64,000 bases of DNA from Octopus vulgaris (Eukaryota): the NCBI GenBank assembly GCA_951406725.2, contig OX597817.1, positions 121,830,001 through 121,894,000 of the forward strand. Direction: 5' to 3'. Shown piece by piece: positions 54,391-64,000 of the stretch. The position numbers were made by a program, and so were the translations under genes. A model generated the notes under the pieces. The model searched no databases and had not been told where the DNA came from. It saw nothing but the letters and a program-made list of their open reading frames with translations. Every line of letters starts with the position of its first letter. The first letter of the stretch is position 1.

Positions 54391-56540
54391 TAATGCATAC
54401 GCTCACATATATACATGTGTGCGTGCGTATATCAATATACACCCCTCTTTCTTTCTTTGTCTCTGATTCCTCTACGCATACTATCACATTGGCCAGCAGT
54501 ATAAACACATGGGTCTATTCATAGAAACTTGACCATACTTAGTATACTTCCCTTCCATTTTTTTGTTTAGAAAACCCCACACCTATACTTTACTCTGTAC
54601 CCATCCCTTTTTGCTATTTGTAGAAAGAAGAGAGTTTAGGATTAAAACAAACCCTGAGGAGGACTAAAGTTTAGTGAAAATGGGGGCAGGAATGGCACAG
54701 TAAACACATATCTCGATTGTGCATCGGATGGGGAGTTGCAGATACAAGTAATCAGAAATGTATGTAGCCTGTGGACGAGAATTACTCATGTGAGATTTGC
54801 TTGCCAGTACGGTGGAAGCCTTTGTTGATATGAAGAACAAAAACATTGCTTCTCTAAAGCAAGCTCCCATTAGAGAATGATATAAAAGAGAAGATCGCCT
54901 GTGGATCTCATGTTATTGGAGATGCACTGGTGGGCAATAAGGAGAGGGATAAGAGAGAAAGAGAGAGAAACAGAGAGAGATGGATAAACAGACAGTCAGT
55001 GCGTGGAAGGCTTTCATTGTTAATAACTGATTTAATTAACATAGAGGGGTTGTAGATAAGAGTAATCTATCTATCGATAGACTCTCACACACACACACAC
55101 ACACATACAAACACGGTTTTTGTTTCCTCCTATCTTCCATTTTAAAGGGATGTAAGAAAAACTGAATTCAACAGTAGATACCATTATTTATTGAATAACG
55201 TTTTCTATTAGAATTTCTGTCTTTCTTTCCAATAATAGATATTCCGAGATTAGTAGTAAAAGAAAACTCCTTGGTTGTACATGTTTATGTGTATACATAT
55301 GTGCGTGTATGTGTGTTTGTGCGTGCCTGTGTATGTCTGTTTTGAGCGTGCGTGTGTGTGTGGGGGAGAATAACGAGGTTAGGACTTTGTTGGATGTTAA
55401 TTGAAGGAATGGTCTGTCGGCTGATCTGAAAGCATGGAAAAGAAGCGAAAGAGAAAGAGAAGGAACAACTGCGAAATATAATAATGTGACATGATTATTT
55501 GCAGTGATCCTGTATATTTTGGAACAATGAATGAGAGATACTTTCATGAAAAGAATTAAAAGTTGAACAGAGAATTAAATTGCTGCCACGTGAAAATCAT
55601 CTTCTCGGACTGTTCAAAGTTACTTTTGAATCAGATATTTAAAGAGATGTTAAAATTATTTCTAATAATTCTTCCCCACGTCAGAAAGATTATAGACGAG
55701 TATTCTTATATTGGTAGTGTTTCAAAGTGTAATTATGCAAACACAAGAAATATTGACTATTTAAATGAAGTTGATTATTATATTACATTTGTTGGAGAAA
55801 TTCGTTCAAGAAAACGTAGACTCTAGATAGATTTTAGCGCTAACTTTTTACTATGTAGCTCCAAACTTTATAGTTACGAGTATCACATGTAAAATTGAAG
55901 GTAAGGCAGTTAGAAATAATTCAATTCCCTATTCTTTTCAGCGTATTTCTACTTCACTCTTAAATGAGATTTCACACATGCGTATATGACTCAAAATTGT
56001 GTACACACTAAGTAAAATTTCTCATGACACGAAACATACTAAATAACACTTGTCAATAATTATAAATTAAAGCTTAATTTGCCGTGTGTGTATGAGCTAT
56101 ATGTTATTGTTATTATGATTATCCTCATTGTTATTATTATATGTGTGTGTTTGCGAATGTATGTTAATGTTGTAGCATTATTACTGTGAGTTATTTGAGG
56201 AACAACACGGACGCTCATCTATACGTATATTGAAATATAAAAATGGAAATATTTTCACGTATACTGAATTACAATATCTATCTGCATTTTAATTCATATA
56301 CGATTTATATAGATAGCGGACATTGTGAATTGCTTTTAGCATACAAAGATATCGTACTGCGAGCGATGATATGTTCAATCTTCGATATGATGAATTTATT
56401 GAACTTTGATACCGGAAATTATTTTCAGTAATATAAAATGGTCCGAGAACTTCTAACTTCTAAAATTATAAAAGATAAAGATAACTAAATGAATTTTTCG
56501 ACTCTGAATATGTCATATTACTAAAGGTCAACGTTGATTA

Positions 56541-56595
<55 letters not shown>

Positions 56596-56832
56596 ATATA
56601 TGTGTGTGTGTGTTTGTGTGTGTATGTGCGTGTATGTTCGCGCGCGCGAGTGTATGTATGTATATATATATCTATATATATATATATATCATATATAGAA
56701 ACTTGTGTATTTTTACAGCTTTGTATGTATGAATGTGTATACACTAATTGCATTTTATATGATACAAAAACGTGTTACATGCGCGTTAAAAGATATAATT
56801 TTAGATAACAATCTGAAAATTGCAAGATTAAA

Positions 56833-56863
<31 letters not shown>

Positions 56864-57120
56864 TATTATACATGCATAAATATATATATGTGTATACAGA
56901 TAGGGTGGAGTGAAAGGGAGAGAGAGAGATGATTTTGTGAAGACAAGCTACGACAAGAATATTCGTGTATTGCGTATTTATTATAGCTGAAATAATAAAA
57001 ACGAAATGTATGGATTTTGACATTCAATTATAGATCAGCTTAAACCGCCACTATGGCATTGTAAAAACGTGTAACATTCGGCTAGAATTAATTGTTTTAT
57101 AGAACTCATGTCAGCTATAG

Positions 57121-57168
57121 ATATAAGCTTAATAATCACGCTTAATAATATAAGCTTAATAATCACGC
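57121..57168. repeat. tandem duplication with 27-bp period
   Basis: ATATAAGCTTAATAATCACGC at 57121-57141 and 57148-57168. Confidence 0.9.
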
Positions 57169-57195
57169 AAAAGAGACTCCGGTCAGCAGTATTGG

Positions 57196-57332
57196 ATATT
57201 AATAGTTATCGCCAAGCTAATATGGCAGTCCAGAAACATAGGACGAATGCTGGAAATATAGGAGCTAATCAACAGCAGCATTCGTCCTATATTTCTGGAC
57301 TGCCATATTAGCTTGGCAATAATTATTAATAT
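57196..57332. repeat. 57-bp near-perfect inverted repeat with a 23-nt spacer (hairpin)
   Basis: Arms 57196-57252 and 57276-57332, 54/57 complementary. Confidence 0.95.
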
Positions 57333-58289
57333 ATATATATATATATGCAGACCCCAAATAGCAGCTTCCTTCTAACAAGTTCGTTCTTGTGGGCAAATTC
57401 TAAAATAAACTGTAGACTTTCATACACAAAATGCGAATGACGCCGTAAATATAAATTATGCAGAATCAGAAATGAGAAATATTATCTTTCATAACTTTAG
57501 AGATTTTCGGATTATTTTATATAATTGAAAATACTTTATTCAAATAATATACTTTCAAAAATTAAAATACTATAAATTCAACATATCAAAGAATGAACAA
57601 AATTTCACCCGCAGTACAAATTCTTTGTATGTTAAAATTAATTCTCAATGTCCGCTGTTGATATAAATCAGATATGGGCTTAAACGTAGCTAGCTATTTT
57701 AATGCAAAATAATGAGTGACTGAAGTATTATGAGAAAGAAATATCCATAGCAACATCACAATCTCTACTTGCATAAATGTAGTGGTGCCCTCACTATTGT
57801 AAAAGCATTAGGATCATCCCAATCCAGTTTCAAAAAGTAAACTAGCCTTTCTCTTCCGATTTGACTATATGTAGAAAAATTTCAATAGAATTTGAAAGGA
57901 AAACCTGTCTCCCTGGTTCGTTTCTTTTTCAAGATTTACTCTATGCATTGTCAGGGACTGTATTGCTTTATAATAATTATTTTTGTAACTTGATACAAAT
58001 ATAATTTGTAAAATAATTCATCTTTACCAAATCGTGTGAAATATCAGAACTTCAAAATGTTCATTGATTAAATTTTTTTGGACGTTTAAAAACATTGCGA
58101 TACACATACTGAATATTCATGAAAGTCCTGGCGTTTAATGTAACTGGTATATTTTTCAATGTACTGTACAGGACTTGAGAAAATATTAACATATCATTTT
58201 CTATACATCTTAAGTTTGAAGTATATTACTCATCTAGATTGTATTCTGAAACCGGAAATGAATTACGAAATTTTCAGTGGACTCAAGTG

Positions 58290-58322
<33 letters not shown>

Positions 58323-58370
58323 TACAAAGGGAAACAGACACACACAAGAACACACGCACAAACTCATATG

Positions 58371-58433
<63 letters not shown>

Positions 58434-58465
58434 GCATGTGTGTATGTGTGTATGTATGTATCATA

Positions 58466-58619
58466 TAAGCAAGTCACTTTATTTCACATTGCTCCAGTCT
58501 ACTCAGATGGCAAAAATGAATAATATCATTATTTCAAAGGGCCAGCTTTGTCACACTCTGTGTCACGCGGAATCTCCCCGAGAACTACGTGAAGGGTGCA
58601 CGTATCTGCGGAGTACGCT
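58466..58619 (+). mobile_element. SINE fragment: CORE-like segment joined to the family-B body
   Basis: GCAAGTCACTTTATTTCACATTGCTCCAGTCTACTCAG..AAAAATGA followed by TATTTCAAAGGGCCAGCTTTGTCACACTCTGTGTCACG..CCCCGAGAACTACGT, which matches the reverse complement of 35025-35108. Confidence 0.8.
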
Positions 58620-58701
58620 TTATTTTATAAGTGTGTATATGTGTGTGTACATATGTGTCCATGTATGTGACTATCTGCCTGAGTGTGCATGTGTGTGTGT
58701 A

Positions 58702-58754
<53 letters not shown>

Positions 58755-59099
58755 GATAGGGAAGGGGACACAGAGAATATGCACAATGAAACGATAGATT
58801 TAAAGATGATGTAAAGTGAACATCAATTTCTTCTTAAATTTCGGTTTATCTTTCTCGTTATTGCAAGAAATTTGTACAATATTTTGTAGAAACAAATGTT
58901 AAGATTACATCTAAGCCATAAAAGATAGAACATATTTTGCTAGGAAATCTAATGCTTGAACTATGTAATTTGAAGACCACACAAAGAAACTTTAAATTTA
59001 GACGATTGTCAATAATAACATCAAATTTAAACGTGCACGGCGTGGGTAGGTTTTTAGGTAACAGCAGTGAATGTAGAAAACAGAAAACAGGAACCAACC

Positions 59100-59968
59100 T
59101 AGGAGTCTATGCTTAGTGGATCGACTTCCTACTAAAGCAGACAATTCTTTGTGCCTCCGGCCGCGATGTAGGTTCAACTCGTATCTGAGATAAATATTTG
59201 CCTAGATGTTCATTCGAAGACCTACGCATCTATAATATGCAAATCTCAGATGTTGTTCGGCTGATGCTGAATATTTATGGACCCATGAAACCCAGGCTTA
59301 CAGTACTGGATATGTGTTGAAAATAGTACAATGCAGTTCCATCCATTCCGGTGACTGGTATAGTCTCAGTTCCACGGTTAGTAGCTATACCTTTCATATG
59401 TACATAACTGCATATCTTTCGCGTGTTTTCTACAGCAGATAGAGCTTAAATTCCTTTAGCCTCTCTCAGCGGCTCATCTCTGGCACCAAACCAATCTTGT
59501 TTGTGTTATGGCACTGGGCAGCCTCGATTTCCACCACTACTTTAACGCTCTGTGATGATCACAGTTGGGAGCAGTAACCCAAACCACTGAGAATGAAGGT
59601 CATCCATATGATTAGAAGGGCGTACTTTTCTCTGATTCTGAATGATGAATGATTTCAGAATCCAACGTGCCACCCACTTAAACAGCGTTGCCATTTTGGC
59701 GACTATGCATATGAAATGTTGCATCATTAGACCTGAGGATTTCAGGTCATGCGTTGAGCTTGTCTCTGGCATCGCACTTCCCCTTGGCCGTGTGCATTTC
59801 GGTTATAGTTTAATTGTTGGCCGCTAAATGAGTGCTTCAAACTTCTCGGCAATGAACAGCATATTATTTTCATCGGCCCACTAGTATATTTGTATATTGC
59901 TTTCAGATCTTTCTGCATTGTTATGATGTCATAAGTGCCCATGATATATTTGTATGATCAGCTTAGGT
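59100..59968 (-). mobile_element. decayed CR1-type LINE, RT C-terminal region (5'-truncated)
   Basis: Minus-strand translation across lesions: *ADHTNI (YADDTK)..MQKDLKAIYK..WADENNMLFIAEKFEAL..RWILKSF..FILSGLGYCSQL*S..EIEAAQ..MSR*ERLKEFKLYLL*KTRERYAVMYI*K, matching the canonical CR1 motif order. Confidence 0.88.
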
Positions 59969-60000
<32 letters not shown>

Positions 60001-60002
<2 letters not shown>

Positions 60003-60163
60003 TGTAGGAGTGACTGTGTTGTAAGTAGCTTGCTTACGAATCACATGGTTCCGCGTTCAGTCCCACAGCGTGGCACCTTGGGCAGGTGTCTTCTACTATA
60101 GCCTCGGGCCGACCAAAGCCTTGAGAGTGGAATTGGTAGACGGAAACTGAAAGACGCCCGTCG
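60001..60163 (+). mobile_element. 5' half of tRNA-CORE SINE, family C, ending in (TA)n(TG)n
   Basis: GGTGTAGGAGTGACTGTGTTGTAAGTAGCTTGCTTAC..GTTCAGTCCCAC.GCGTGGCACCTTGGGCAGGTGTCTTCTACTATAGCCTCGGGCCGACCAAAGCCTTG, with tRNA-like boxes and a CORE-like ACCTTGGGCAAGT motif. Confidence 0.88.
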
Positions 60164-63100
60164 TATATATGTATGTATATATATATATATATGCGTGTGG
60201 TTGTGTGTGTGTGTATGTGTGGTTGTGTGTATGCGTGCGTGTGTGTATGTGTGTTTGTGTGTGCGTCCGTGCGCGTGTTTGTATATATGTTTATGTGCAC
60301 ACATCAACTTGTACATATCTATGTACAAACACACACACATATATATATACACATATCTAATACGTTATGGAAATCACATTTTTCCAGTGTGTTCAATATG
60401 TTTTGGACAGTAAAGTTTCCTATATACGTCATAAACTTTTCTAGAACTTCATACTTTCATTTTCAATATAAGGCAATACTAGTGTGTGCTATTGTAGGCC
60501 TGAATCATGTGATTCGTGCAGAGATTACCACCAGAATCTGAACTCTGTCGTTTGATTTATCTCATCTGTCAGACGTTTACATTTTACTGTTACTTGTGGA
60601 TGTAGAATCTGCTTAATTTAGCATTGTGTTGTGTTTTGAGGAACACTTCTATCACTTCTAAATCGCGTATTGTTAGGGGAATTCACTGATTTTTCCCAAG
60701 TCTTTACTGGACTTATATCATACTGAGTGAGGAACACTATAACATTTGATCATGATTTATAGGTATATAATTGATTATATATAGTTTCGTTGTAGTTAAT
60801 GCGTTAAATATCAAACGCCACTTCTAATATCAATCACTTTATTTTCTTGCAAGGTGAACTAAAAGCAAAAAGAATATGAAACATTAAGAACTAAAATAGT
60901 AGGTTGTGATGCAGCACAATAACTAGGTAAATACAATGTCTGGGTTATAAATTAACCTTTTCTTTCATAAAGTTAAATACATTTCCTCTTCAGCAGACTT
61001 CCTGCTTTATATTTATATTACAAACGTTTGATGTCTTAGTGATTTTACTGAAGTAATTAACTCCTTATAATTTATATAGAATTTCATTTTACTATTTTCA
61101 GTTAATGTATCAGACAATTTGCTTTGCTTGTGTTAAGGACTTTTCAGCATCATATATTTCCAGGACATAAAAATATAATGTTTAATATGCTCAAAACTGA
61201 TAGGGATATGATTCAATTAAATGGTGTCCTAATGCATTACACGGTGTTTTAGGGTAAGTTAAAACGTAAGGTTTACGATTTAATAAAGATATACTTGTAG
61301 TCTCGATATGATGTATAGACAGACAAGTTATCCAACAAGTTTTATCTTACTTTGAATAAGAAAAACTGGGTAAACCAGACTAATCTCTTACCCTTTAAGA
61401 GCTTCTTCAAAGAAAAATAGACTGAATAGTTAAGGCTATTTCTAGCTTGAACGAGCTATAAATACGAACTGTCTACTAATTTCTGTCTATTAGTATACTT
61501 TCTCTGAACGAGAACTAAAATGATTATAAACAATATTGGAGAACACTTTTACCACCTCAGAAAAAGCTAAACCTTTAGTCCTAATATTTTGCTACTTTTC
61601 ACAATGTGACTAAAATTGCATCCTTATTTCAAGGTATACCTGGTGTTATATATTACATTGAATTATGCTGAGCACAACGGGACTTTTTTTTTTTGCAATA
61701 CAAATCTATGGAAACTCCTTTACCTTTTGTTTAACTTAATCATTTAAGAACAATAGGAACTGAACTATTCTGCGATTGCTGAATGCAAGAAAGACACAGG
61801 TAAAAAGAAAGACTTACAAGCATGTTAGAGTAACTGTAAAACATTTGTTTCAATTGTGTTTCATTTTTCATTTGCTTTTTTATCTCGTCCAAAAGCTTTT
61901 CCTAAAATTTTCATGTTACATTTACTTTCAAGAAATAGGAACATATCTTTGTACAATGAAGTTATTCTAATGCATAGTTTCGACAACAAAAGCTAGCATG
62001 TACGAAGCTGCTTCAACTGCCATACTAAAAAACCTTAAAAAAGAGATAGAGTGAAATGGGAAACGTATAACAAAAGCTGTTTTCCGAAGATGTTTTACAA
62101 AGGCACTCCAAATGCTTATCTTTTTCATGAAAAGTTCTTTTAAAACGTGTACATGTTCTTTACCTGGGCAATTAGGCATTTTCGAAAGTAAGAGTTTAGA
62201 GGAACGTAAATGATATAAGGAAAGTATGTTCCACTTTATTGTATTGTGAATACAACAACATTTGAAAATGCCTCTTCATGTTTTTTAACTATATATTTAT
62301 ATTACCTAATCAATTGCGTACATGGTTTTTGGTATGTTAGGAAAATTTATGTTATATTAAATTGTGATGTCATGGAATTTGCAATCAGCTGAATGACAAA
62401 ATATACAGGAAGAAAAATTGGTATACTTCCTAACAAATATTGGTGCTATTTCAATAGGCGATTGATTTAGTTCTTCAATATTACTGATACATATCAATAT
62501 ACGACAGAACAATCTAGGGTAGTATTTGTATAAAACATTTGATATAGAAAGACTAGAACAACTAATGTAAAATATTAAATTTGATAGCCTGTTTTTACTA
62601 CATTATTACTGATTGAGTGTTTATTTATGCACAATACAATTGCTTCGGGAAAAGAGCACTACCTATTAAATATTAAATATTATATTGATTCAGAAAGGAG
62701 GAACAGGAACATCGAATCCGTTGTGAATTGAATTCAGTATTATAAAGCTTCGTGTGTTAATTTCTATTGTACAATCATCTATATTATACATGTGCTCATT
62801 TTGACAATTTCTATTGAATAAATACTACGTGAAATCGTCATAAACAAACATATATGTTGCTCCAGAATCGATTGTGAATAGCTACTGACCCGGTACGTAC
62901 ATATTATATATTTAAATGTTTTCCTTAATTATATAATTATATAATTAATTCTATTCAGCATTCGCTTTTTCTCTATAAATATCAATTGATTTCAACAAAC
63001 ACATCCATAGGAAACATACTGGACATGTACATATATATCTTATTTACTGGTTTTACATAATATTTATGATCAGGAACGTGAATGGTGACATATGTCAGTC

Positions 63101-64000
63101 ATGTGGGGTTTATAAGAAACAAATGTTCGGCTCTTCGAATTCCTCATTAGTGTCACGAAATTTCAATGTTGAAGACAACGTTTCGTTCAAACGATTTGTA
63201 AATACAACCCATGTGTAGTTGCAGTCAAAATCGTTAATTGATAACTAATCTGTTATATTATAGTGCTGCTAAATTAAGTTAATATTAATCCCAGTTTTGA
63301 CTAGGAAACCTGATAAAATATCCCTTTTTCATTCGAAGTGATCATAAAATCGATCGCAAGTTCGAAGTAATCACTAAAGCCGGCAAAATACTTGGTGTTA
63401 AACAGAAAACTTTGAAAGCTTTTAATAACGAAGATTTCTTGATCTTCAGTAATAACTGAAGATTTCAAACTTCAAAGATCTAACAGTGAAGTGGTATATT
63501 ATTATGACTTAATATGCTTCATTTTCATTGTGTTTATTCAATTTAACTTCTCAAAATAGATTTCAAATTTTAGCACAAGTCCATTTTAACTTGTCAATAT
63601 TGGCATATGGATGACATAGATGATTGGACAATGGGAAATTAGACAAGGGGTAGTTCAATTCGTATCTGATTCGACTTTTCTCCTTTTATCTTTCCGGAAT
63701 CATTTTTCAGTTTCACTTATAATTTTAAATACTTATGCAAGACAAAGCTACTTCTTATAATAAGGAAACCCACAGTGAAATCGATTCTCTTCAAGAGTAA
63801 TTAATATGACATTATTTCCATCCTTTATCGCTCAAGACGAGATTAGTTTCAATTAGTTATCCATTCAAAGACAGAATTGACTATCATTGTGATTAGTGAA
63901 GCAAATGCAATGGATTTCAGAGTCGATAGTGCATCTTCGAATTTTCTTCTCATATTTAGGGACATTCCCTTTAGTTGCGCGTTCAGATTTCGCTGATGAC

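Noticed and set aside
58159-58797. Longest ORF in the track (212 aa)
   Set aside because: It is built from (CT)n/(CA)n/(TA)n/(TG)n tracts and a SINE fragment. The YI/HT/CV runs show it is open only because the repeats lack stop codons.

Overview
Strongly AT-rich, microsatellite-dense eukaryotic DNA with no protein-coding gene I can support; it is probably intergenic or part of a large intron. The repeat content suggests a coleoid cephalopod, most likely Octopus (inference from recalled repeat families, not a database result). Almost all ORFs in the track come from (TA)n/(CA)n/(TAA)n microsatellites or from antisense SINE reading. Supported content: (i) more than 25 copies or fragments of at least four tRNA-derived SINE families; (ii) decayed autonomous retroelements, namely a Dong/R4-type RLE LINE 3' end sitting in a (TAA)n array, a CR1-type LINE 3' end and a Penelope GIY-YIG endonuclease fragment; (iii) two MITEs, one Tc1/mariner-like and one hAT-like with an 8-bp TSD; (iv) several hairpins and templated micro-duplications. 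The most interesting signal is a short non-coding retroposon that joins a tRNA-like Pol III head, an (AAC/AAT)n linker and a Penelope-type minimal hammerhead ribozyme. It occurs at two independent loci (35.8-36.1 kb and 50.2-50.7 kb), each time as a head-to-head inverted dimer bounded by a target-site duplication. It is a candidate Penelope-mobilised, ribozyme-carrying SINE. Coordinates were read by eye, and boundaries of old repeats are approximate.
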